A stretch of 64,000 nucleotides of DNA from an uncultured Candidatus Saccharibacteria bacterium (GCA_964639185.1 CAZXCN010000001.1:38626-102625); one strand, 5' to 3'; positions 8,963 through 18,822 are shown, counted from the first letter of the stretch. Notes: generated from the letters alone by a model not told the origin. Made by a program: numbers and translations.

Positions 8963-10174
8963 ATGTACACAAAAAAAATAAAAGATTTTATAGATAATGA
9001 TTTGCAGGCAATAAAAGATGCTGGCAAATTCAAGGTAGAGAAGGTGATAAATGGTGCACAAGATACACATGTAAATGTCGGGGGTAGGGATCTTGTAATG
9101 TTTGCTTCAAATAATTATCTAGGTATGGCTAACCACCCAACACTAGTTGAAGCTGCAAAAAATGGGTTGGATCAATACGGTTTTGGAACAGCTTCTGTAC
9201 GCTTCTTATCCGGCACACAAACAATCCACCACGAGTTAGAGAATAGGATTGCTAAATTCATAGGCACCGAAGATGCCATAGTTTACTCTACGAACTTCAT
9301 GGCCAACCTCGGTTTGTTTGCAACATTGGTAAATGAACCATTTGGAGCAACTCAACCTTGGAAAGATGTAATATACAGTGATGCCAACAATCATGCCTCT
9401 ATCATCGACGCATTTAAACTTTGCAAGAAAGAAAATCTAGACAAGAGGATCTACAAAGGTGGTGACCTAAATATGCTTGAGCAAATGTTGGAAGAAGATA
9501 AGGATAAAAATTACAGAAATAAAATAATAGCAACCGATGGAATATTTAGCATGGAAGGCACAATGGCCAACCTGCCAAAATTAATTGAACTCGCAGAAAA
9601 ATACGAAGCACTACTATTTGTAGATGATGCACATGGTATTGGTGTCATGGGTGAAAATGGAAAAGGAACAGCAGAACAGCAAAATGTATTTGGTAAAATC
9701 GATATCATTTCCGGCACATTTGGCAAAGCACTTGGTGGCGCTGTCGGTGGATACATTGGGGGAAGTAGCACACTTGTAGAACTGCTTCGCCAAAAGTCAC
9801 GCACATATATGTTCTCTAATGCATTACCGGCAAGTGTAGCACTAGCAGGTATTGCATCGCTTGACCTACTCGAATCAAACAATGATCTAACAGCAAAGGT
9901 TATGGAAAATGCGCAATACTTTAGAAATAAATTACAGGAGAATAACTTGCCAACACTTCCAGGCAACCATGCTATCGTACCACTGATGATAGGTGATGCT
10001 AGTCGTGCAAGTGATCTCTCAAAGAAATTATACGAAGAGGGTATCTACGCTGTGTCACTTTCATTCCCAGTTGTGCCTGAAGGCGAAGCCCGTATCCGTT
10101 TCCAGATGTCAGCATTACATACACACGAAGATATAGACAAAGCAATCGAAGCAATAAAGAAACACTACTCATAA
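8963..10174 (+). CDS. kbl: Glycine C-acetyltransferase (2-amino-3-ketobutyrate CoA ligase)
   Basis: FASNNYLG, GTASVRFLSGTQ, NHASIID, TDGIFSMEG, DDAHG, GTFGKALGG (PLP Lys), LRQKSRTYMFSN, PVVPEGEARIR. Confidence 0.88.
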   Translation: MYTKKIKDFIDNDLQAIKDAGKFKVEKVINGAQDTHVNVGGRDLVMFASNNYLGMANHPTLVEAAKNGLDQYGFGTASVRFLSGTQTIHHELENRIAKFIGTEDAIVYSTNFMANLGLFATLVNEPFGATQPWKDVIYSDANNHASIIDAFKLCKKENLDKRIYKGGDLNMLEQMLEEDKDKNYRNKIIATDGIFSMEGTMANLPKLIELAEKYEALLFVDDAHGIGVMGENGKGTAEQQNVFGKIDIISGTFGKALGGAVGGYIGGSSTLVELLRQKSRTYMFSNALPASVALAGIASLDLLESNNDLTAKVMENAQYFRNKLQENNLPTLPGNHAIVPLMIGDASRASDLSKKLYEEGIYAVSLSFPVVPEGEARIRFQMSALHTHEDIDKAIEAIKKHYS

Positions 10175-10210
10175 AGTAGTGTTTCTTTATTTAACTTTTT
10201 TAAATAAAAG

Positions 10211-10243
10211 TGTATTGACATTGTCATTACATGGATATATACT
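10211..10243 (+). promoter_or_regulatory. Toxin-antitoxin promoter with overlapping operator palindrome
   Basis: TTGACA(10215-10220)-17-TATACT(10238-10243); near-perfect palindrome TGTATTGACA-T-TGTCATTACA over the -35. Confidence 0.7.
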
Positions 10244-10249
10244 GTACAT

Positions 10250-10561
10250 ATGAGTAATAACACACAAACAGTACAAATAAGAATAGATGCTAAGACAAAA
10301 ATCGCAGCCCAGAAAACATTCAAAGCTTTGGGTATGGACATGTCTTCTGGAGTAAAGATATTTTTAACTCAAGTGGTCAAGGACCAGTGTTTTCCTTTCG
10401 TGCCAAGCACAAAGAAAAATATCGCTTTACGCAAAGAAATAGACAAAGAAATAGCAGAAATAAAAAAAAGTAAAATAAAAGGTTACAAGAATGCAAAAGA
10501 ATTACACGAGTCTATCTTAGGAAAAAAGGAGTACTCAAAATATGCTAGTTTACAAAAGTAA
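10250..10561 (+). CDS. RelB/DinJ family antitoxin
   Basis: VQIRIDAKTK..AQKTFKALGMDMSSGVKIFLTQVV....PF ribbon-helix-helix; overlaps the toxin start. Confidence 0.9.
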   Translation: MSNNTQTVQIRIDAKTKIAAQKTFKALGMDMSSGVKIFLTQVVKDQCFPFVPSTKKNIALRKEIDKEIAEIKKSKIKGYKNAKELHESILGKKEYSKYASLQK

Positions 10562-10820
10562 AAATTATACAAAATCCCTAAAAAAGATTTTAAGGAGTGG
10601 AAAAATTCATATTCTAGAAATAGAAATGGTTATTGATTTGCTGGCAGAGGGAAAGACTCTTCCAATCAAGTATCAGGACCACTACCTAACAGGAGAATTT
10701 ACTGGATGTCGTGAATGCCACATAAGGCCAGACTTGCTTCTGATATACAAAATTGAAAAAAATATTCTAATACTCACACTCATCGATATCGGTAGCCACT
10801 CAAAACTTTTCGGTAAATAA
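10542..10820 (+). CDS. YafQ/RelE family mRNA interferase toxin
   Basis: DHYLTGEFTGCRECHIRPDLLLIY...IGSHSKLF. Confidence 0.92.
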   Translation: MLVYKSKNYTKSLKKILRSGKIHILEIEMVIDLLAEGKTLPIKYQDHYLTGEFTGCRECHIRPDLLLIYKIEKNILILTLIDIGSHSKLFGK

Positions 10821-10855
10821 AATTCCCCTAGGTCGGACCTAGGGGAATTTTATTT
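10815..10855. terminator. Perfect 41-bp palindrome / bidirectional terminator with AGGTCGGACCT core
   Basis: 20-bp perfect arms around a single G, between convergent yafQ and glmS. Confidence 0.65.
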
Positions 10856-10862
10856 TTTGTAT

Positions 10863-12710
10863 TTATTCTACAGTTACGCTCTTTGCGAGGTTGCGAGGCT
10901 TGTCTACATCGGCGCCACGAAGGATGGCGGTGTGGTAGGCAAGTAGCTGAAGAGGGATAACAGAGAGTATAGGCATCCATTCGTCAGGAACATCAGGCAC
11001 CTCTATAATATGATCGAAAATATTGCGAGCTTCTTTGTCACTTGCGCGCACGATACCTATCGTCAATGCCCCTCGGGCTTTAACCTCTTGAACATTAGAA
11101 ATAACTTTATCAAGCAAATGTTCATTTGTTGCTACTACAATCACAGGGAAATCTTTCTCCACTAATGCTATTGGACCATGTTTCATCTCTGCTGATGGAT
11201 ACCCTTCGGCATGAATATATGAAATCTCTTTTAACTTTAAAGCCCCTTCGAGTGCTACAGGGAACAGTGCGCCTCGGCCCAAGAACAATGCATTATTTTT
11301 ATTTTTTAATATTTCGGCAACTTCTTTTATTTTATTTTCTTGTTTCAAAACTTCTTCAACTTTGTCACCAATATTTTCCAAAGAATCTACGAGTTTCACA
11401 TAATCAGTTTCAGCAAGCGTGCCACGAGTTTTTGCTAACAATAGTGCAAGGAGTGACAGTATGACAACTTGACCAGTAAATGCTTTCGTACTCGCAACAC
11501 CTATCTCGGGCCCAACGTGTATATATGAACCTGCGTCAGTTGTACGCGCTATTGATGAACCAACAACATTACAAATACCATAAGTCACCGCCCCTTTTTC
11601 TTTTGCCAGAGCCAACGCAGCAAGTGTGTCGGCTGTTTCACCTGACTGTGAAATAGCAATAACAATATCGTGCTTGTTTAATATTGGATTGCGATACCTA
11701 AATTCAGAAGCATACTCTACTTCAACTGGCATCTGGGCCAACTGCTCAACAAGATATTCACCCACCAAACCCGATATCCAAGACGTTCCACACGCCACAA
11801 TAATTAACCTACGCGCAATTGCTAATTGGTCAGATATTTCCTCAAGACCTCGTAAATGTACTGAATGATCAGGAAGAATATGCCCACGCAATGCATCAGA
11901 TATAGTATGAGCTTGTTCAAATATTTCTTTTTGCATGTAATGCTCATAACCATTCTTCTCCAACATTTCGGCTTCGAGTGTTAGCTTTTCTATAAATGGA
12001 GTTTGTGGTACACCCGCAATACTTGAAACATTGTATTCGCCACTGCGCTTCAATATCGCTATCTGATTATCATCCAGATATATAACACTCTTTGTGTATT
12101 CAGATATTGGTGAAGCATCAGATGCAATAAAAAATTCGTGTTCCCCAATACCCACAACAAGTGGACTACCACGACGCGCCACTATCAGTGTGTCAGTATC
12201 ATTTTCATCCATTACTATTATTGCGTATGCTCCAATAACTTGAGTTAGTGCTTCACGTACTGCCTCAAGGAGAGTTAAGTTATCTTTTGTTTTTACTGTT
12301 TCAATAAGGTGTATCAGAACTTCAGTATCAGTATCACTTTTAAATTTATGCCCATCTTTTTCCAAGGCTTTTTTTAATACTGCATAATTTTCTATTATGC
12401 CGTTGTGAATTATTGCGAGTGAACCTGATTCAGACAAATGTGGGTGCGAATTGCGATCAGAAGGTTCGCCATGTGTTGCCCAGCGTGTATGACCTATACC
12501 TATCGTACCTTTGACATTACTGCCATCAGTTAGTTTCAATAGTTCTGCAACTTTACCGTTCTTCTTGTACACACGCATGCTACCGGTACCTGCTTCTTCG
12601 ACAAGTGCTACGCCCGCAGAATCATAACCCCGGTATTCGAGCCTTTGTAAACCTTTGATTATAATAGGGAAGGCTTCGCGCCCCCCGATGTATCCAATAA
12701 TTCCACACAT
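10863..12710 (-). CDS. glmS: Glutamine--fructose-6-phosphate aminotransferase
   Basis: MCGIIG, LEYRGYDSAG, GHTRWATHG, SQSGETADT, EGALKLKEISYIHAEG, PRNLAKSVTVE. Confidence 0.97.
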   Translation of the reverse strand: MCGIIGYIGGREAFPIIIKGLQRLEYRGYDSAGVALVEEAGTGSMRVYKKNGKVAELLKLTDGSNVKGTIGIGHTRWATHGEPSDRNSHPHLSESGSLAIIHNGIIENYAVLKKALEKDGHKFKSDTDTEVLIHLIETVKTKDNLTLLEAVREALTQVIGAYAIIVMDENDTDTLIVARRGSPLVVGIGEHEFFIASDASPISEYTKSVIYLDDNQIAILKRSGEYNVSSIAGVPQTPFIEKLTLEAEMLEKNGYEHYMQKEIFEQAHTISDALRGHILPDHSVHLRGLEEISDQLAIARRLIIVACGTSWISGLVGEYLVEQLAQMPVEVEYASEFRYRNPILNKHDIVIAISQSGETADTLAALALAKEKGAVTYGICNVVGSSIARTTDAGSYIHVGPEIGVASTKAFTGQVVILSLLALLLAKTRGTLAETDYVKLVDSLENIGDKVEEVLKQENKIKEVAEILKNKNNALFLGRGALFPVALEGALKLKEISYIHAEGYPSAEMKHGPIALVEKDFPVIVVATNEHLLDKVISNVQEVKARGALTIGIVRASDKEARNIFDHIIEVPDVPDEWMPILSVIPLQLLAYHTAILRGADVDKPRNLAKSVTVE

Positions 12711-12841
12711 ATATATCTATCCTAAATGATATTAGATAAGTAAGCAATACCAAAACCCCTTATTTCACAATGATATTTTACTTGACAAATAGGGTACTAT
12801 TGTGCTATAATATACACAAATCACAATTAAATAAAAAACAC

Positions 12842-13240
12842 ATGAAAAATCAAAAAAGTTTTAGAGTTTGGGGATTCTGCCTTGTAATCCTAAGTATTGC
12901 CTTCTTGTTTATAAACATAACCTGGTATTATGTTGATGAATTTTTTAACTTCCTAGCACTTCTTCCTGCATTAGTTGGCGGAATCCTACTTGGAGCAGGA
13001 ATTGGAGTTCGACCACAAGGTGATCTTTATTGGCTTAGCGACATTCAAAACGGAAAAAGATTCCAGGTAATAAATGATGCTTGGCCTACCCCAAACGATG
13101 ATCCGGATGGTAAAACTATTTTGTGTACTTTCCCGAAAAAACAATACTTCCTTTTGTTTGTAGGCAAAGATTTCTATGCCAACAAAGAGATAGATGGAAA
13201 GTTTTTCATTAAACACAAAGAGAAAGTATACGCGGAATAA
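12842..13240 (+). CDS. Hypothetical membrane protein
   Basis: Two N-terminal TM segments; start placed at ATG 12842 downstream of TTGACA-18-TATAAT (12782-12811). Confidence 0.65.
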   Translation: MKNQKSFRVWGFCLVILSIAFLFINITWYYVDEFFNFLALLPALVGGILLGAGIGVRPQGDLYWLSDIQNGKRFQVINDAWPTPNDDPDGKTILCTFPKKQYFLLFVGKDFYANKEIDGKFFIKHKEKVYAE

Positions 13241-13262
13241 AAACCCGTAGTACAAAAATTTT

Positions 13263-13308
13263 AAATCCGTACAACTAGAGAAAATCCAGTTGTACGGATT
13301 TTCTTTTT
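13263..13308 (+). terminator. Intrinsic terminator
   Basis: AAATCCGTACAACT/AGTTGTACGGATTT plus T-run. Confidence 0.65.
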
Positions 13309-13362
13309 ATCTATTTATAAAAAAGCATATATATGTTATAAATGAATTATTAAAAGGTAATT

Positions 13363-13461
13363 GCTAGCCCTCAGACAGTTAGAGTTGAAACATATTTGGA
13401 ATAGGGTTTCCAGATTAGAATTTCAAAACTAGAGTCTGGAGGTTAGCCCCGCCATAGCGGG
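13363..13461 (+). promoter_or_regulatory. Long stem-loop in pnp 5' leader (candidate RNase III/autoregulatory element)
   Basis: GCTAGCCCTCAGAC/GTCTGGAGGTTAGC, TTGAAA/TTTCAA, TTTGGAA/TTCCAGA nested pairings, then a CCCGC/GCGGG hairpin. Confidence 0.55.
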
Positions 13462-13474
13462 TAAATATATAAAT

Positions 13475-15598
13475 ATGAATACACAAGAATTCGAGGTAGA
13501 GATAGGTGGCAAGAAAATTGTCGCAATGTTTAGCGACCTAGCTGACCAAGCCAATGGTTCAGTCATGTTAAAAAGTGGTGGCACAGTAGTCATGGCCACA
13601 GCAGTGATAAGTCGCGATGGAAAATCTAATCCAGGATTTTTTAATTTAACTGTTGAATATTTAGAAAAGTTTTATGCGTCTGGAAAAATACTCGGCTCAC
13701 AATTTATGCGTCGTGAAGGCCGACCAAGCGACCAAGCTATACTTGCTGCACGCGTTATCGACCGCACTATCCGCCCATTGTTTGATCATCGGATTAAAAA
13801 TGCAGTTCAAGTAATTATCACTGTTATAGCTATCGGTGATACTGATCCAAAAATGCTCGGCATCAATGCTGCGTCTATTGCGCTCCACATGTCTGACATT
13901 CCATGGGCAGGGCCTATCGGTGCTGTGCACATAAGTAACACAAAAGAAGACAGTATACTTGCAGTAAATAATTATATTCCAAATTCTGACGAACCAGTAT
14001 ACACACTAGACTTAATGGTGTGCGGAAAAGACAAAACAATAAATATGATCGAGGCGATGACATTTGAGCTTTCTGAAGAATTGGTGGGCCAAGCATTTGA
14101 CCTTGCAAGTGACGAAATAACAAAGTGGGAAAACTTCCAAAAAACTCTACGTGAAAAATTAGGTAAAGAGAAGTTGGTTTTTACAACAGCTGAAACAACT
14201 GAAGAAATAAAAAGTTTGTTTAATGAAAAAATTACTCCAATGTTAGACGCTGGTTTATTCAGCAAAACAGAAAGCAAAAAAACAATCACCGAAGCTGAAC
14301 ATGAATGGAAAAAAATATGCGAAGAAAAATATGCCGAGGACCAAGCGATGAAATTTATAGCCGAGGATTACATTGAAACATATATCGACAAAGCTTTACA
14401 TGTTGCCGCACTTACAAAAGACATGCGTCCAGACATGCGAGGACTCGATGAAGTTCGAGCCCTCTCTGGTATGGCTGGTGGTATATCCGATGTGTTACAC
14501 GGCTCTGGTGTATTTTACCGTGGGCAAACTCATGTATTGAGCGTACTGACACTTGCAGGTCCCGAGAGCATGCACACAATAGATGGAATCGAATTCTCTG
14601 CGAAGAAAAGATTTATGCATCATTATAATTTCCCTCCATATTCTGCTGGTGAAACAGGTCGCGTAGGTGGAATCAATCGCCGTGAAATGGGTCATGGATT
14701 CCTAGCAGAAAAAGCTTTACTACCAGTGTTACCAAACAAAATAGATTTCCCTTATACTATTCGCCTTGTTTCAGAATCTACGGCATCAAATGGTTCTACA
14801 TCACAAGCTTCAATATGTGCGGCAACAATAGCACTACTTGATGGTGGTGTGCCGATCAAATACCCAGTAGCAGGAATATCAGTTGGTGTAATGATGGATG
14901 ATACTGACCCTACAAAATACAAATTGATAACTGACATTCAAGGCCCTGAGGATCACTATGGTGATATGGATTTTAAAGTTGCCGGAACTACAAATGGTAT
15001 TACTGCAATACAATTAGATATAAAAGTAGACGGTGTTCCAGTAAAAGTTTTAAAGGATGCTTTGATAAAAGCAAAAACTGCACGACTACATATACTCGAA
15101 GCAATCACGAATGTAATCAGTGCACCACGTGCCGACATATCACCAAAGGCCCCAAAGATAGTGGTAACAAAAGTGAAGACAACTCAGATAGGATTGATAA
15201 TCGGACCAGGTGGAAAAAATGTAAATGCAATTCGTGAAGAAACAGGCGCAGAAATAAGTATCGAAGAAGACGGAACAATATACATAACAGGTAAAGATGG
15301 TGCTGCAGATAAAGCAAAGAAAATAATCGAGGACATGACTCATGAATACAAGCCAGGCGACACAGCCCAAGGTGTTGTAGTAAAGATCACTGACTTTGGT
15401 GCATTCGTAAAGATAGGACGTGATACTGAAGGACTCGTGCATGTTTCTGAAATGGCCCCATTCCGCGTAGAGAAAATTTCTGATATTCTTAAAGAAGGAC
15501 AAACTGTTCCGATAAAGATATTGAAGCTCGATGAAAAAGGCCGTTTGTCATTTTCTATAAAAGAAGCTGACGGAGATTTCTTTAAACCAAAAGCTTAA
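13475..15598 (+). CDS. pnp: Polyribonucleotide nucleotidyltransferase (PNPase)
   Basis: RREGRPS, RVIDRTIRPLF, HYNFPPYS.GE, RREMGHG, SNGSTS, EDHYGDMDFKVAGT, KH and S1 domains. Confidence 0.97.
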   Translation: MNTQEFEVEIGGKKIVAMFSDLADQANGSVMLKSGGTVVMATAVISRDGKSNPGFFNLTVEYLEKFYASGKILGSQFMRREGRPSDQAILAARVIDRTIRPLFDHRIKNAVQVIITVIAIGDTDPKMLGINAASIALHMSDIPWAGPIGAVHISNTKEDSILAVNNYIPNSDEPVYTLDLMVCGKDKTINMIEAMTFELSEELVGQAFDLASDEITKWENFQKTLREKLGKEKLVFTTAETTEEIKSLFNEKITPMLDAGLFSKTESKKTITEAEHEWKKICEEKYAEDQAMKFIAEDYIETYIDKALHVAALTKDMRPDMRGLDEVRALSGMAGGISDVLHGSGVFYRGQTHVLSVLTLAGPESMHTIDGIEFSAKKRFMHHYNFPPYSAGETGRVGGINRREMGHGFLAEKALLPVLPNKIDFPYTIRLVSESTASNGSTSQASICAATIALLDGGVPIKYPVAGISVGVMMDDTDPTKYKLITDIQGPEDHYGDMDFKVAGTTNGITAIQLDIKVDGVPVKVLKDALIKAKTARLHILEAITNVISAPRADISPKAPKIVVTKVKTTQIGLIIGPGGKNVNAIREETGAEISIEEDGTIYITGKDGAADKAKKIIEDMTHEYKPGDTAQGVVVKITDFGAFVKIGRDTEGLVHVSEMAPFRVEKISDILKEGQTVPIKILKLDEKGRLSFSIKEADGDFFKPKA

Positions 15599-15608
15599 AA
15601 AAAATAAA

Positions 15609-16508
15609 ATGGATGAAGATAATTCACAAAAAAATATAGGCCCCGAAGGGACACCTGTTATACACACGTATGCAGGGGACATGGCTTCTATGGTACGTGA
15701 TCACGAAACAAGTGTTATCAAGATAGCCCTAGCTGAACAAAGACGCCGTGAACAAGATGCTCAGAAAGAAAAATATTCTCGCAACAGTAAACGCAGTACT
15801 TTATTTATATTTGGAACAATTGTTATTATTATGATAACAATATTTGGTGTTCAATTATTAAAACAAAAAACAATAAAGGATTCTATTCACCCAGAAGTCT
15901 TAACACGCACACCTACATTTATTCCTACTGATGTTGATTCAATAATCGATGCAGACAGATTCACTGGCAAGGAAGACTTAACAATGATCTTCAATAAAGA
16001 AAGGGGTACCCCTGGCAAACGCGGGGAAGTGCGCTCAATCTTTTTTACCCAAGGTGTTGGTGATAATAAAACAATAATAAAAACTAGTGAATTCTTGAAA
16101 TTACTACAGAGCAGTATCCCCGGATCAATGGCTCGATCGTTCGATGAATCCATGATGGTAGGAATATATACTGATAGTGCTGACACAACACGCACATACT
16201 TTATATTTAAAACAAATAGTTTTGAAAATGCATACGCAGGATCGCTCGCTTGGGAAAATACACTTCTCGATGAATTGTTCCCATTATTTGGAATAGATAT
16301 TAGTGGGGAACGAGGTGTATTATTGCAAAATAGATTTACTGACAAACTAATAGAAAATATTGATACACGTGTTTTATTCGACAACGACAGTAATGTATTA
16401 ATGTATTCATTATTCTTAAATAAGGAATACTACCTGATCACCGATAGTGATGAAATAATAAAAGAGATGGCAAAGCGCCTACGCTCGATAAATAGCACAG
16501 CTCGATAA
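15609..16508 (+). CDS. Hypothetical single-TM protein
   Basis: N-terminal HTYAGDMA..VIKIALAEQ segment, one TM helix, extracellular domain. Confidence 0.75.
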   Translation: MDEDNSQKNIGPEGTPVIHTYAGDMASMVRDHETSVIKIALAEQRRREQDAQKEKYSRNSKRSTLFIFGTIVIIMITIFGVQLLKQKTIKDSIHPEVLTRTPTFIPTDVDSIIDADRFTGKEDLTMIFNKERGTPGKRGEVRSIFFTQGVGDNKTIIKTSEFLKLLQSSIPGSMARSFDESMMVGIYTDSADTTRTYFIFKTNSFENAYAGSLAWENTLLDELFPLFGIDISGERGVLLQNRFTDKLIENIDTRVLFDNDSNVLMYSLFLNKEYYLITDSDEIIKEMAKRLRSINSTAR

Positions 16509-16543
16509 GTTGCGTGTTTGAGTGTGCATGATAATATAGACAT

Positions 16544-16894
16544 ATGATAAACACAGAACAACAAAAGGGTAAATTACAAGAGGAGAAAGCTTTATTAGAA
16601 AGTGAGCTAACCGGTATGAGCTCATCTCAAGACGAAAACGGTGCCTGGGTTGCAAAGCCATTAGAGGAAACAGCTCCAGAAGCTGATGAAAATGACCTTG
16701 CAGATAGGAACGAGGATTTCAATGAAAAGAGTTCTACAACAGAAATCTTGGCAAAAAGATTATCTGACATAAATACTGCACTTGCAAATATTGAATCTGG
16801 TAATTATGGTGTGTGTACAATGTGTGGTAACAATATTGAAGAGGACAGGCTCGAAGCAAATCCCGCAGCGCAAACTTGCAAAGCTTGCATGTAA
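16544..16894 (+). CDS. TraR/DksA C4-type zinc-finger protein
   Basis: DENDLAD coiled-coil tip; AL..I..G.YGVCTMCG..I...RLEANPAAQTCKAC. Confidence 0.9.
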   Translation: MINTEQQKGKLQEEKALLESELTGMSSSQDENGAWVAKPLEETAPEADENDLADRNEDFNEKSSTTEILAKRLSDINTALANIESGNYGVCTMCGNNIEEDRLEANPAAQTCKACM

Positions 16895-16897
16895 TTT

Positions 16898-16926
16898 AAA
16901 AAAACTCCCCACTGGGGAGTTTTTTT
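16898..16926 (+). terminator. Intrinsic terminator
   Basis: AAAAAACTCCCCA/TGGGGAGTTTTTT. Confidence 0.7.
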
Positions 16927-16940
16927 GATACAATATTAAC

Positions 16941-18512
16941 ATGTCATTCGCTAGAGTATATGCAGCGCAACCATATTTACTAAAAGGTAAGTTGGTGACA
17001 ATAGAAGTAGATATTACCAAAAATACTCTACATGCATTTACAATGGTCGGCTTGCCCGACAAAGCTGTCGATGAATCTAAGGATCGTATGGCTTCGGCAC
17101 TAAAGAATTCTGGATACCCCTCACCAAAAAGCCAGAATCAAAAAATAGTTATATCACTTTCCCCAGCTGATTTAAAAAAGGAGGGCTCGTATTTCGACCT
17201 GGCTATTGCATTGGCGTATTTACTGTCTGCCGAGGAAGTAGATTTTGATGCCGAAGGGAGAATATTTCTAGGCGAGCTTGCACTCAACGGTGAACTACGC
17301 CCTATCCGTGGAGCATTGCCATTAACCCAAGAAGCCAAACGCCTTGGATACAAAGAAATATTTCTTCCGATGGAAAATGCAAAAGAAGCGGCACTTGTAG
17401 ATGGTATTGATATATATGGTGCCAACACTTTAAATGAAGTCCTCGATCATATATATAAAATAAAACATGACAAGAAAGGGAATCCATTGGAAAAAGAACG
17501 CCCGAAATTAAATAAGGAACCTCGAACAATTATAGATAGAAAGGTAGCCGAATTCAAAACCGACTTCCAAGATATCCGTGGTCAAGAAGGTGCCAAAAGG
17601 GCATTGGAAATAGCTGCAGCTGGCGGACATAATATAGCAATGTCTGGACCACCAGGCACAGGCAAAACAATGCTGGCTCGCGCTTTTACACACATACTTC
17701 CCGACTTGGACAATGACGATATTCTAGAAATCACTGGAATACATTCAATAGTAGGGTTACTCGATGGTGCACTTGTGACCGAGCCACCATTACGCTCTCC
17801 GCATCACACTGCAAGCTATGTAGCACTCATTGGTGGTGGTGCAAATATAAAACCAGGCGAAGTGACACTAGCACACAAAGGTGTATTATTCCTCGACGAA
17901 TTCCCTGAATTCGAAAAGAAAGTTTTAGAAAGTCTACGCCAACCTCTCGAAGATAATATCGTATCAGTATCTCGAGCAAAAGGTACAGCCATATTCCCAT
18001 CCAATTTTATACTAATTGCTGCCATGAACCCATGCCCATGTGGGAACAAAGGCAACAAGCAAAAACAATGCATCTGCAAGCCAAGTGACTTGGAAAGATA
18101 CAATAGAAAATTGTCAGGCCCTATTATGGACCGTATTGATATATGGGTTACCGTTGGTAATGTAGAATACGACACACTTTCCGACACAACACCAAGTGGT
18201 ACAAGCACAAAAATAATAAAAGAACGTGTACGTATTGCCCGTGATATTCAAGGCAAGAGGTTAAAGCAAGCAACAAGAAAAATAAAAACAAATAGCGATA
18301 TGAATGTTAAAGATTTAAATACTTTTGCCGTACTTTCAAGCGAAGTAAAAGAAGTTTTAAATCAGAGCGCCGAAAAACTCCAGCTTTCAGCACGAGCATA
18401 TCACCGCACAATAAAGCTTGCTCGGACTATTGCTGATATTGAACATAGTGCCGACATACAAATACCACACATCCTCGAAGCCCTGCAGTACAGACCAAAG
18501 ATAAATCAATAG
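16941..18512 (+). CDS. comM: YifB/ComM family Mg-chelatase-like AAA+ ATPase
   Basis: VGLPDKAVDESKDR, LSPADLKKEGS.FDL, GPPGTGKT, RSPHHTAS, LAHKGVLFLDEFPEF, AAMNPCPCG, ARTIAD. Confidence 0.92.
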   Translation: MSFARVYAAQPYLLKGKLVTIEVDITKNTLHAFTMVGLPDKAVDESKDRMASALKNSGYPSPKSQNQKIVISLSPADLKKEGSYFDLAIALAYLLSAEEVDFDAEGRIFLGELALNGELRPIRGALPLTQEAKRLGYKEIFLPMENAKEAALVDGIDIYGANTLNEVLDHIYKIKHDKKGNPLEKERPKLNKEPRTIIDRKVAEFKTDFQDIRGQEGAKRALEIAAAGGHNIAMSGPPGTGKTMLARAFTHILPDLDNDDILEITGIHSIVGLLDGALVTEPPLRSPHHTASYVALIGGGANIKPGEVTLAHKGVLFLDEFPEFEKKVLESLRQPLEDNIVSVSRAKGTAIFPSNFILIAAMNPCPCGNKGNKQKQCICKPSDLERYNRKLSGPIMDRIDIWVTVGNVEYDTLSDTTPSGTSTKIIKERVRIARDIQGKRLKQATRKIKTNSDMNVKDLNTFAVLSSEVKEVLNQSAEKLQLSARAYHRTIKLARTIADIEHSADIQIPHILEALQYRPKINQ

Positions 18513-18546
18513 TGGACAAAATTGTTAGTGGGAGTAGAATATAATT

Positions 18547-18822
18547 ATGAAAAGAGAAATGTTTAATTCACAAATAAGGACTCCAAAAGAGGCTACCACA
18601 GAGGCCCTAAATAATACAGTTAACCCTTTTGAATTAGGAGACATCCAACAAAAAGCTCATATACTACTAGGTAGGATTTATTCTATGGGCAGAAATGATT
18701 CTGAAAAATCAACAATAGAAAATGTTATTCTTGAATTCAAAAGTGGTAAAATCAATCATGCCGAAGCACTAACAGCATTACACACAATAGAAACAATAAA
18801 AGATAGAGGAGATTACAATTAA
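18547..18822 (+). CDS. Hypothetical protein
   Basis: 91-aa ORF with TAGAAT 6 nt before ATG and a terminator downstream. Confidence 0.6.
   Translation: MKREMFNSQIRTPKEATTEALNNTVNPFELGDIQQKAHILLGRIYSMGRNDSEKSTIENVILEFKSGKINHAEALTALHTIETIKDRGDYN

Noticed and set aside
12711-12780. glmS ribozyme
   Set aside because: The upstream region is short and AT-rich, with no recognisable ribozyme core or stems.
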